Below are positions 24,774-42,500 of a DNA stretch of 64,000 nt, piece by piece; position 1 is the stretch's first letter, and the number at the start of each line of letters is the position of its first letter. Position numbers and translations under genes: made by a program. The notes under the pieces were generated by a model, which made no database searches, had not been told where the DNA came from, and worked only from the letters and a program-made list of their open reading frames with translations. Origin of the DNA: Chlorokybus atmophyticus (taxonomy: Eukaryota; Plantae; Mesostigma and Chlorokybus algae); NCBI GenBank assembly GCA_009103225.1, contig RHPI01001507.1:135647-199646 (forward strand), written 5' to 3'.

Positions 24774-26456
24774 GCTCGCTCTCGCTCGCGCTCTCNTCTC
24801 GCTCGCGCTCTCGTAGCAACACAACGCAAGGCCGCAGCGGCGGATGTCCATAACCCAACCACACCCCTATCCTAGCACACACAGAGTACAGGGCTACACA
24901 ATCACGTTCAGTCCCAAGCGTCATCAAGCCGCCCCCGCGACGCATGAGTAGGGGACTTTCAGCGCCTGCTGCGGCTGTGTGCGAGACGCATGGGGGGCGG
25001 CGGGGGCCTCTTGCAGCGTGGCGTGCGCAAAGCACCGAGCGCACGCGTTGACCGATATGGAGCGCCGGGCTAGGCGGCAGTGCCCGCTGGCAAACCGACA
25101 ACCGAGGTGGACACAACGCTCGCACTCAGCTGCATCGTGCCTGAGAAGGTCCGCATGCATGCCAACAATGCACATACAAGCGCTGCTACATGACCGCCAG
25201 GCTATATGTCCAGTTCCGTCTTCACTAGGCTAACATGCACGACCCCCAAGCAGAAGTCATGGTCACATCTTACATACGGCGTGCAGTGTCAGTCTCCAGC
25301 AGTTGACCACATGCACATGTGATCAGCCGCCACCACCACCGTCTCCGCTGCTTGCACCGTCCCCGAATCCTTGCTGGCTATCGTCGCAAGGCCTCAGACC
25401 CTCTGACCAACAAGCAGCCATGGACGCCGTTAGCAGCAGTGGTGGCAGGCTGCTCGCTGTCCAAGCATCATGTACAGCTGTGGATGCCGTGGATGCGTGT
25501 TAAGAGTCGGAGACAATCAATCCTATCTCTACATTCATTACCGCAGCTTTGCTAGCATAGCAGCGAGCACGTGAACGAGCCGTCCTGCGGAACATGGCTC
25601 GGAGCAAATGCACACATGTGCTGTAAAGGAAGGAGTGTGCTCTGTATCTGCAGACCCTGCTGAAGCGCACGTATTGCGAGATGACCACACCCATCCTGGT
25701 CGTTATGGCCATGGTGGAAGTCGGTAACCGTGCTCGGAGGACGTCTGTTCTTGTGTTGCATGTGCTAGCGAGCTAGACACATGTGGTAGCGACTCCTAAC
25801 CTAACTAACTTCGATGCACGACTTGTTTCGGCCTATGTAGGAGTGCATGTCGCATCAGCCTTATGGACGTTCTCTCAACGCACAGCGCTACTCGTATCAA
25901 TTAGCTCATGCATCTACTACAGTACCCAAATGCGTATGAAACAGGATACATGTAACATGTAGCTTCGCAAACAAGTGTTTACTTTTGTGTAAGTTAGCAG
26001 TATCGTCAGGGTTTGGGCTCCTTGCAGCTGTTGGTTGGCTAGCCGCGCCCAACCCACCATCACTCACTACGCACTCGGCATTGTAAGCGCCTTACATATA
26101 GTGAGCGCGTACCCTTGGCTACATATCATTCCATAATTGTAGCGCAGGTACTTGTACTGAACTGTGCGGGGTCGCAATGCATTCAGCAACAGCATTCACA
26201 TAGTGGCCGAGTGCAAGCACTGCAGCGGACATAAAGCCCCTTAACATCACAATAATAACCCAACCTCTTTGGTCCAAACATCTTCAAACCAATAGCTTTG
26301 AACCCACTTCTATGGTACAGTGACACACACCATAAGCAGCTATCACACCATTGAAACTGATGCATGCAATCCAAAAAAACCCTGTACAATTCTTGCTACA
26401 CGACCACATCATCCACGCAATCCCAACACGGTCTCCCCCCCCCTCCCCCCCCCCTC

Positions 26457-28286
26457 TCACTGTACCGCTTTGACCCATCCGAGCGTGAGCTCCTCGCTGA
26501 CCTCCCACAGCTTCGCTGCCATGGCGTCGTCTTTCGCGTGGTCAGACTCGCGGGCGACGTTGCAGTCGTACAGGTACGCGCCGCTCACGCCGCGCATGTT
26601 GGGACTCACGGCGCAGTACACCGACGTCGCGGCACCCTGCTCGTGCGCAAGGGTAAGTGTGTGTATGCGTGCGAGTGTACAAGCGTGCGTATGCATGTAT
26701 GTATGCCTGTGCGTGCGTGCGCGCGCGCCCGCGTATGGATGCGCATAATGAAGGCCCGAGAGATAGATTGTGTGTATATGTGAACGTGTTTCATACGCAC
26801 CTGGGGGATGGTTTTGAAGAGCGGGTAGAGCGTGGTCAGCACCGTGTTGACTGCCAAAACAAACACGACATGAGCTGATTGACCAAAGCACACATCAGGT
26901 CATGGCAGGCATACTGGGCAATGTAATACAGTAAGCGGGACAATGCTGCAAGCATCCTGTCTTGAGCCATATGACTTAGTATGATGTGATGATGATGCCA
27001 CACACGTGTTTACCTAGGGGGTTGTGTCTGCCGAGCTCGGTGCGGATGCCTCCCGGATGCAGCGAGTTGGCCGTCACGTTCACGCCCTCAGCCTGTTCCA
27101 CGACAAGAAGTGTGAGTGTCCTTGAAGGGAAGGAAAAGGAGAACCAGCTTGTGACATGCACGACAACTTGCCACACAATCACATGCACAAGTCTATTAAA
27201 CACGCGCGCGCATGCATACACCCTCACTCGCTCTTTCACTCACTTTGAGGCGTCTCGCGAGCTCCCTCGTGAACAATATATTCGCCAGTTTGGCCTGTCC
27301 ATAGGCGTACCACCTGTGGTAGTACTTCTCCCCCTTCAGGTCGTCGAAGCGTATGCCCTCGCGGTACGTGAAGCGGTGGCCCTCAGACGACACGTTCACC
27401 ACGCGGGTCTCGATCGACGAAGAGGCGGCGGTGGACTCTAAGGTGGGGAGGAGGAGGGAAGTCAGGAGGAAGTGGCCTGAGTGGCAGGGGAGAGAGGTGT
27501 GTTGGTGGTGATGATAATGCATGCGTTTGCGTGCACACGTGTTTGATACTCACTCACCGAGGTGGTTCGTGCCGAACTGCATCTCGAATCCGTCGGCTGT
27601 CTCGCCACGCGGGCACGCCATCACCGCCGCATTGTTGCTGCTCGACCAAACAACATTAGCTCAACCAGATACTGCAACGACCACACGTGCGATTACACAC
27701 ACACGCACCTAATTGCATCAGCGTGCATGTGCAGAAGTAACCCTACTCTCACAGCACACATGCGTATCCCTATGTACGCGTGGATACACAACAAGCACTG
27801 GCAGAGGCGCTCGCATTGTACTGCATGCCGTCACGGCATTGCATTCGATCATGCATGCGAGACTCTTCACACACGAGGCAGCCAAACAGTGTGAGTGTGA
27901 GCATGAGTGCGATCCATCCCCCACATGAGAATGTGCAGCGGCATCCCCGTCGCCTTGAACGTGTCCACGAACGCCTTCACGGACGCCATGGACGCCAGGT
28001 CCAGGGCCATCTCGATCACCTTGGCCTCATCCTTGGCTGAATTTCTCACGATGTCTGCCGCAGCCGCGCTTCGCTGCGGGTCCCTGCACGCCATGACGAC
28101 CGTCATCCCGCAGGACGCCAGCGCCCTGGCCGTCTCCAGGCCGATGCCGCTGTTGGAGCCGGTCACGATGGCGACGTGGTCAGGGAGGGAGGGGTCTGAG
28201 GATAAGGACTGGGAGGCGACCTGCTCGGCGGTGGAGGCGCTGCCGAAACCGCTGGGGCCCGGACGCCCGAGCATGTAGTTCATCAT
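26457..28286 (-). CDS. Short-chain dehydrogenase/reductase, TIC32/retinol dehydrogenase-like, 6 exons, about 327 aa
   Basis: Exons 28286-27925, 27637-27558, 27476-27244, 27092-27014, 26850-26801, 26636-26457 (sum 984). [28 protein letters not shown] (YxxxK), [16 protein letters not shown]; N-terminal [14 protein letters not shown] as in plant TIC32-like SDRs. Confidence 0.93.
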
Positions 28287-28594
28287 GTTGGAGAGAGAGC
28301 GGATGTCCTCTTCTTCTTCTTCTCGTCCTCCTTCTTTCACCGCCGCCGCCGCCGCTTCGATGCGTTGCCACGTCAAGGGGGACACTGGTGGCACATGTAT
28401 CTCTGTATCTCCCGGGCTATACGCATGGGACTAGCGTACCGTGTAAGTGCAGTTCATCCGTACTACTAATGGTACCGTCAACTAGACGGTACCACTGCTG
28501 GTACTTATGTACCAAGGCGAACCGTGTCACGCGCACAAGAGAGTATGCCTGTTACCAGGCTGCGTATGGGCATTACACGTGGCATTCTGCAACC

Positions 28595-28874
28595 ATGACG
28601 GCGGCGGCGACAACGTCCTTACCGTCCTCCTTTGCCCGGTCCATCGTGTGCCTGTTGCTTGTGTCGTTGTGTTTGTCACCGTCTGTGCGGATGGTGCGCG
28701 CGGCGCCGGGCGGCGGCAAGATCGCCGGGCTGGGAGGGCTGCTCAGCAGCCGCGGCGAGGGCGGGGATGACTACGTGCTGCTGGACGGCGTGAGCAGACC
28801 TGGAGAGGCGCAGACCCTGCAGACGCAACTGGAAGGTGAGAGCAGGGCTGTGCGTGCGTGTCACAGGACTTGTT

Positions 28875-28948
<74 letters not shown>

Positions 28949-29131
28949 GAGTTGGGCGCCCGCGGTGTCTCCGTCTACGGCGACCACGTCAGCTTCTCCT
29001 TCCCTTCATCCCGAATGGACGAGCTTCAGACGCTGGAGACGCTCAAGTTCGCGCACGTCTCCCTGCACACCACTCACGACACAGGGGCTCATGCTGCGGG
29101 TGCTGCTTTGGGGAGCATCAACCCACACCAG
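28595..29131 (+). CDS. Putative secreted protein of unknown function, partial (two exons; 3' end unresolved)
   Basis: ATG 28595, signal-peptide-like IVCLLLVSLCLSPSVRMVRA, phase-consistent intron 28836-28949 built of CT/CA repeats, coding-like GC. Downstream exons could not be resolved. Confidence 0.45.
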
Positions 29132-30976
29132 GTGCCAGTGCCGTGTGTACATGTACAGGGTGGTCAGTTAGACGTGGTCACGCATGGGCATGTTTGCATG
29201 CAGGCATACTCTGTTGCATCAAGCTACGGTGCGCATGCATCCCCGCCGTCATCCTACACACACTCACCGTTGCCGTAAGTTATTCATCACCGTTAGGGCT
29301 ATGTGCTTGCTCATCTCGTCCAACGACACCCACATGCACAGCCTCTAGTAGCAGGCAATTGACTAAACACCTTGTGCAGTACGCGATACCTGTGAATGTC
29401 ACACGTACAGTCCGACAGTTGTGCTTGTGTATCATCTGATCGTTGGGTTACTTGCGAGTACTGTGTCTTAACATTGTGTTTGCTTATTGTTGGTGGTGTG
29501 TGAAGCAGCGTCACCAACGGTGATGAGGCGGGGCAGACGAGCGATCATGAGCCAACTCTTGACGTGTACACTCGACGCCGGGGGCGACAGCATTGATATG
29601 GCTGGCGCAAATGACGAGTCGCTACTGCCTTTTGTTGAACACCTCTCCTTGTAAAGTCTCCACTCCGTTGTCGGTTCCGGTGTGTCACGCAAACTGCGTA
29701 ATGGCTTGTTCTGGGAACAATGTACATATGGACAACAATTCGTAGGAGTAACTAGCTATGCTGTTTGATGCACGCCATGTCCTTCCTGTTGTACATAAAT
29801 CTCCAAAACAATTCTAGCATGCAATGAATGCCTTGCACACATTGATCATGTCCAGCAGCAGCATGCATGGCAATCCACCACATACATACCTCGAGCCGAC
29901 CACCTCAATCACCGGGCAACACTGACATAATCCTTGCACTTTATTAATTATACTACTCAGTCTACGGCCTAACTAACCAACCAACGACCCCACCCTGTTA
30001 GGCATGCATGCAAATGCCGACTGAATCACCTGTAGCACGGCTGTTGGTTAGCGGCCCATCCTTGCACTTAGGTCCACAACAGCAGACCCATCGGACTCCC
30101 CCTCCTCCTTCGCCCATATCCCCGCCGCCACCTCCGCCCGCCTAGTGCTGCGTCACTGACTGTCGTTCTTAGGGTTTGTGTCAGTACACGCATGCATGCA
30201 TGTACGGCAGACACGGTCACTCCTTCTGCGTCGCGGCTGCATGTGTAACATATATGCAATGTTATGCATGTGTACACAGATCTCCTAAACAGAAGTGTAA
30301 GTGGCATGGGATGCACATGTGACAAGCGAGTCTTAGAAGCCAATATCATGATAAAAGGTTCTGCCGAGGCGCTACAAGCCAAACTTCAAGACTGCATGCA
30401 AATTTCGGAAAAGGGCCACAATTTATTCAGCTTGAACTGCAAGCCTGTTTGCAGCGGGGCGACTGCTTTGTACATATACTCTTGAGGTATCAGATGTACC
30501 CAAGTAAAGCCAACATCGAAGCGGCTATCATAACTTACACTACGCTACGACACCCCTGCTGGATCTGCAGCAGCGACGGAAAGAATAGCAATAGCGAAAC
30601 AACAACCTGACATCACAAGTACAACATACAAACAGAACATGACGGCGACTATGACTACGCTACAGTGCTGTTATCACGCTGAAGACAGGCGGCCGGGCGA
30701 TGCGATATCCCAACTACACACGCATTGCTCACTGGACTGAGAGGGTAACAATGCGCGGTGTAGTGTACGTGACGCCGGCCCTGTCCTTCGCGGGAGTTGA
30801 GAAAAAGAGGAGGAGGAGGAGAAAGAAAAAGCCCCATTTTGCCAACATCACACGTGTATAGTAAGATTTGGAAGCAAAGTGCGGAAGAGGAAGGAGGATT
30901 GAGAGTGCAACTCGAAGGGGAGGAGAGACTGCGTGAATGGATTGTGTGCAAGAGGACGGGAGAGTAGAAGTAGAGA

Positions 30977-35705
<4,729 letters not shown>

Positions 35706-38700
35706 GTACCCAAGCTGCTGGTGGAATAGAATATGAAGTGCGTTTTGATATACAAGAATACACTGCCAAGGTGAAAGGTAACTCAATGCGAGTGGGAGAG
35801 CTCACAATACCTCTGAGTCTGATGGCACATCACTAAGACTCGGCGGAGCATCCGATATTTGCTCCTGCACAGCAACGCCCACATCACATTGAAGACAGCG
35901 AAAAGCATTGCTGGACTCGTGAGGCCAAGAGTAGTCCCAACATGCTGGCAGTAAAGCACATATGCCCACAAGATCGCAGCTTACCGGATTCGAGGAAAGG
36001 CCAAAGTACCAAGCGTCCGCATGTGTGATGGAAAGTCTAGCCAGCTGCTGCAAATAAGGTTTGACGCATCCTGTCATCTTTGCCAACCTGCTGTTGAACC
36101 CTCCTGCACTACCACCACTACCTCCTCCTCCTCCTACTGGTCTTCCCCCTCCTCCTGAGACTTCCTTGTAAAGAGGCTGCTGAGCAGCTGGGCCTCCTTG
36201 TTGGAAACACCCGTGCAAAGCTGCCCACACAACCGGCATCGGCGGCAAGTGGCACTCCTCCCTGACAACAAAAGACACGCACACACATACGCACTATGAG
36301 CGCCCAACACCATGACAACATCTGAGAGCTCAAACACGCTATGCGTCATCTGACAGCTGGGTTGGGTTGCAATTGCGCAGGGCCAATGCTCTTGCAGCGT
36401 CAGCTGAACCGTGACGCTCACACACAGTGTGATAGTGGGCATGTAAACACTCACCACTGCACTCCTCAAGCGAATTCAAGTAACAAATGCAGAATTCATC
36501 CCTGCTCGAGCACTGCTGGCATGCTTGCAACTCATAGGAAGTGCGTTGCTGTTAAGCATGCCGTTAGGCAGCTCGACTAGATAAGTCTTCTGCAAGTAAC
36601 GCTCAGTAAATCAAAGACAGCACTGCAAGAAAGCACCGTGCTACTATGATCTCAAAACGGACAGCCCGCCAGCAGCATAGTGCTTACTTGGAGGCGCCTT
36701 TAAGCGCTCTTGTTTCAGCTTCTGCAGCTAACATTTCACCAAAAGCTCCAGATCCACCCCGGCCCTGCCTCGTGCGCCGGTAACGACGACAACGACGCCT
36801 AACCCAACCACAACCCTACCTCCGTCCCCGCCCGCGCCCAGCTCCAGCAGAGGCAGCCTGCCGCAAGCATGGCCACCAGCACCGCAGAAGCGCTTTCCCC
36901 TAGCCGGAAACCTCAACTTCACATCCACCGTGAGCCTGGACTCAAACCCTCGCACCCCACAAGAACAGATTTCCGCACGTCGTCGCCCACCGCTGCCGCC
37001 GCCACTGTCGCCCACACCCTCAGCCACGCCCTCAAGCTTGCAGGTTACAGTAGTTAGTCTTGACGGAAGTGAAGGTGCAAGAAAGTGCAGTACCTACTGT
37101 AATAGGCCTTAGCGTTGGGGTTAGGCGTCTATTATGAGGCAAAACAAGCGGAAAGCGTTACGGATGATATTAAGAATACACCCCGCGCACACGTAACAGG
37201 CGCCCTGACTCTGCTCAGTTGTAACTCTCCGCGGCTTTGTCAGAGGGGCGATACCCGTACCGAAACGCCGTAGCCTGTAGTATCCGCGGCCTGTCGCCGC
37301 GCAATGATATTTGGTACGAGAGCATGACAGCGGCGATTCGCCTGCGGACGGATCTCACGGTCTGCTACTCAATTCGCTCGGCGCGAAAAATGGTGTCGCG
37401 TAGCACCGTTCGCATCGGTCTCGACGGTTCAGACCTCAATGCGGCGAAATCATTAACATGCCATATGGGCAGTGTGAGGGACGCGGTGGGCACGCGCCTG
37501 TATACGCCGGGCGTTTCGGGGGCTGCGAAAGCGGCATGTGCAAGCACCCGTTGTGGGAGTTGCGCGCGAAACTTCCCTGCACGTCATGAAGTAACCATCG
37601 CAACCATTGCAAGCCAAAAGAAAAAGCGAGGGGGATGGGCGGGAAGTCTACATGTACAGGATTCTCGCGGCTCTGCATGTTGCGCCGAAACTTGCAGCCC
37701 GCAAAGCCTCGACGGGCAGTAAATATGAAGATACATGCAATTTGATCATCATGTGTGGATAGGTTATGGCGCAGTGCGCGACAATCACATGATTCACATC
37801 ATGTGATGCGATACGCAATTGATGACACTACCGGTACAGTGTACGACGCATGTCGTTGTTATTGAATAGCCATTCAGCCCAGTGTAGCTGAATGGAGAGC
37901 CTACACTGTACCTCAATTGTACAGCAGCGTCTGCAACCGCGACTCAAAAAACAACTACTGGGTCAAATGCGGGTACGTGCACCAGTACGGTAGGTGACCG
38001 CGGGTCGCGTGCCCCTCCTCGTTGCGGACAAGCACAAAGCCATCATTTCGCCCTCCATGTAGGCTGCAGCCCCTCCCTATAGTCTGCCCGCTCCATGAGC
38101 ATAAACGTTGTCTCAAGTCAAGACTCTGCCTGTTATCGAGTGACCCACTGTGGATTACAGGTTGCCCACGAAGTTTGTGGCACACTGTTCCGTAAAGACA
38201 CATTACAACTCAAAAATGTTCATCACATGTTTTGGGTGATAAACAAGGTATAACAGGCCTTGATACCGTAATGTCCACGTATTCTATTGACTGTTGTGGT
38301 TGTTATAGCAAAAGGTTGAAACGAAAAACAGTATGCAAAGTGAGTGTGGGTTGTGATGTATGTATCTCTGCGATGATAGTGGATTTCCGTTATAAACTGA
38401 CCCAATTCAACATGCCGGACCTTTTAGTAAAAACACTATTTATGAACAGTTTGTGTTCGTGACGTATTAATAATGCACAATTCGTATATCAACTATAACA
38501 CTATGATGGTGTTGTTGCGCAAATTGACACATTCAATATTAAGAGTACAATTTTTTAATCATTTTTAAAAACTAATCCAAAGTAAGATGTATGCAATGTG
38601 ATTGTATGATTGTCTAAATGTTTGCAAAGACAACAACCCAGTCATTATGGCTTGCTTTACACCATGTATTGTAATAAGTATATGGTTGTTTAAACAATTC

Positions 38701-38889
38701 GATAATGTAAGCCATAACTCAAGGATATGGGTGAATTGAGTAGAATCAGATTATATTGCTTAATGATTCGCACTTACATTTACGTTCATAAAAGCTATTA
38801 TTAACATATTGGTGTGCTTGCTTGATTATATTGTACTACATTGTGGTGCTTGCACATACTTACAATCAAGCTAAATGGTTTTGGATTCT

Positions 38890-39515
38890 GATAAGGATGT
38901 GTTGTAATAAGAATGGCCAAACAATATTCATTTAATTATGGGTATCTAAACTCGTCTCAACCTTAAATTTTTTGTAGTCATGCAATAGCGCTCAACCTGT
39001 TGGTTTATTCGTTAATGGACTGTAAACATATAACATCGGTGAGCGATGACATGTTGCATTTCGTACTTTAATAATTGAATTTTATTCAACCCCTGCATAT
39101 TTTACCACCCTACTTGCCTGCTCTTGTGCATATACACATCAATTTAAGAAATTAACATATCGATCATATAAAAATAACTGTAATAATGTCGAGCTCTTCT
39201 GCATGTGGGATATTGTGTTTTTGGTGAGCTACGATAAGAACGAAATGTTTAAATCTCAAACATAGGTTAATTTCTTATAGTGACGTGTATCTGCACTAGA
39301 GGAGGCACTTAGAATAGTAAAATACACAGGGGTTAAATAAAATTGATCAAACCATCAAAGATGTAATGCAACATGTCGTCGCTCATTGATGTTTTATGTT
39401 TACAATCCATTCAACAGGTTGAGTGCTATTGCAAGATCACAACATAAGGTTAAGACGAGTTGAAATACCGATAATCTTATAGATATTGTTTGGCCACGCT
39501 TATCACAACACACCA
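38890..39515. repeat. AT-rich foldback (inverted repeat with ~260-bp arms and ~95-bp spacer), MITE-like
   Basis: TGGCCAAACAATAT (~38914) vs ATATTGTTTGGCCA (~39483), AACTCGTCT vs AGACGAGTT, TCAACCTGTTG vs CAACAGGTTGA, GACATGTTGCATT vs AATGCAACATGTC, AAGAAATTAAC vs GTTAATTTCTT. Confidence 0.8.
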
Positions 39516-42500
39516 ACAATTCATACTTATTACATATGTTCGTAGCGCTCCGATGCTATATGCATTATTAAGTCGCATAGGTTTGGCCATAAAACAGTTA
39601 AATTATTTTCGTAAGGTGTATATAAGTAGATATATAACCATTTAATAGCATTGCAATATGCATATATATTCATTCAACATTATTACTGCAATTGCATCTG
39701 AAAGTTTGCATAAATCTATGTGGTTAACCATATGCTGTGATGCATGAGTCCATTTAAAATATGCTTGTGAGTTTACACACTAGGCTTGCATAATGTGCCA
39801 ATGTGTTAACTCTCAAACAATACCACATTTATTGTTGATTGATAACATGCAAAAAGCAACTTTGTATGCTAAAGAACATATAAAAGATGTCATTGTAGCC
39901 CATATTGATGCTATTGAATGATTACTCATCTGTAAAATACAAACTATAACATGCTTATATAAGTACATGTTCATTATGTTTGCACATAGACGTAATCTGC
40001 TAGCTGACAGCATGAAGAAGACATCAAAGCTATATATGTGTTGCAGTATTACCATATAAATCTTGAAATCAAAATTCTTGTACTTCCTTTTTGATGTTAG
40101 ATGTAAGCATATAAAATGTACATGTGTATGTTTTAACAGTGCCAAATCCACTTTCAAAAGTATAATATCCAAATCCACAAGCATGATGGCTAAACTTAAT
40201 GCAATCCATAGTAGATTGTTGTTTGCACTTCATCGATTATGGTAATCAGCATATGATGTAACGATGTTTTTTTTGTGTTTTGTGATTATTTACCCTTTAC
40301 TTATACAATATACAATGAACATCATGGTGTTCATATCTGATGTCTTATACATGAATACCCATATGCATGCGCTGAGTGTCAAATCAATTAATGAAGACAT
40401 TTTCTTAAATTAACTTCAAAACATTGTCGGCGACATGCCTCATTTGTCACAATGATTCATTGCATTGCTTGCAATAATTTGTCATCATCAGTCAAATTTG
40501 TAACTCGGGCCTTCATGTTAAGGATTGATTGAAAGTTCGGTTGGGCTGCTTTGGTCGCAGTTATACGAATCGGGCATTCACATTCTGTTTATTGCCATTA
40601 ACATTTGTAAGTCATACTTAAATATTCGCGATTACATACAAAAATGTGAATTAATTAAATTTACAGTGTCAAAAATCGCAATTGTTTCACCTAATTTCAT
40701 CTTGCAAACATTGTTGGTGTGAACATCAATAAATCTCGGCGTCCGAAAGAGTAGGAAGACAACAACTTCACATTGGAGGGCTTACGAGCCACTTTTCCAT
40801 CCTGCACTTCATGTGGCTGACGTAATGAACTTTTTCTTCCCCTCCCGCCAGCCAGTCTTTTGCTTCATTCAATTATTAGGATACCTTATGTTGCACAATG
40901 CGCACCATTTCTCATCTTGACATTTGCCATGCTTGGGTATGTGGATCGTGTTGCCAGTATCGAATGCGGTCTCTTGGACATAATGCAATTATAACTAGTT
41001 GATTACCGTTATTGTCATATTATCATATTGTTGCTAATCTTCACGTGCCTTATTACATGCTTGACTTGTTACACCATAGCGCATTGCATTCGTTGCAATG
41101 ATTTATCAATTAAGTAAACTCTGTAATTTGGGCCTGCACACTAGCACATTGCAAATATAACACATGTTTCGCATTATTGTTTGCGCGTGACTTGTTGAGT
41201 TGCTAGCTTTGTCACAAAAGATTGACGACAAAAACGCAGAACGCCTGCAAATTCCATTCCAAGCTCTTGAGCGTGTGTCGCTTTGTAAAAACGCGCGTAT
41301 AAAATATTGGTCTTCACGCGGCACCAAAAATTCACACGGTCACGCTGTTGAAAGAGCGAATGACAAGTAAGTGACTTAATTAGTCCGATGGTCCAAGCTC
41401 AACTACGGCAGCATCAACATCATATATCAATGCAGTGCGATTGTAGCGTTGTGCACACATTCTCGCCGCGCATGCTGCTGTAGCAACTTTTATGGCCTCC
41501 ACACATCGTATGAATTCATAAGTTAGATGGGCTGCTTTTGTCATGTTTAACTTAAGCAGACCTTGAGCTTGTTCCATGCCATTGCCACACGCAAGTCATT
41601 CATGTTCAAATAGTTTACGACATAATGACCGCATATCACAAGATTTGTGTCGCGGTTGTCTTACCTAGACCCAATTTCACCTTGCAAGTGTTATTAGCGT
41701 CAAGATTTTAACGACTTTATAAAAGGTGGGAAAAGAACACACATATATTATAAGCTTACATGCCACCCTTCCATCTTATAAGATAGTATACGCTTCTTCC
41801 ATCGTATAAGATAGTACACACATGTCTTATGAATTTTAATTTTCTTTCGGCAGCCATTCTTTATACGTCGATTAATTATTAAGATACCCAATTTGCAAGC
41901 TTACCACAAGGCTGGCCGGTAACTTATCATGTTTGGTACTAGTTCGATGCCATTTTGGTAACATGCTACAATACATAAACCTCCTAAAATTAGACCCTCT
42001 TAGGAAGGCAATCCTAATTCCTTATGACGTAACATTTATAACGAATTACTCGTTAGGCTAATCAGCACATGAGCATGGCGTGTTGACCGCAAACATGGTT
42101 ATAGATCAATATGCAGCTTGCGGCTACGCAATGTGCTATTTTGTTGATTTGAACAACATCCCAAACTTGATGTTGTATGCGCAAGTATGAGCATAACATG
42201 TGCTTGCGAGCATGTATTGATGCTATTGTAAGGTAGCCATAACATGCCTAATGTAGCATGTGACATTTCGTGATTACCCAATGGGTTATGCTGTGCTGCA
42301 GGTGTGGTGAGTTGAAAGTCCGGGGGTACTACATTATAGTCAAATCAATCTTACCGCCAATTTTCTTGTGTGGGCCCTAAAAAGTTGCTTTCGACAACAT
42401 GGCACAAAATTAGATTATTAGCTAACGATATAACGATTTTCGCTACTACTACTAATGCTTGTACAAGGCAAACTTTTTTAGTACAGGTAGTAAAACTAGT

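Noticed and set aside
36134-36530. Cys-rich spliced uORF or RING-like peptide upstream of the kinase
   Set aside because: No in-frame ATG could be joined with a consistent splice phase, and TG-rich DNA yields Cys by chance.
38232-38462. Cys-containing ORF resembling a transposase C-terminal zinc finger
   Set aside because: Short, no other transposase motifs nearby, AT-rich context.
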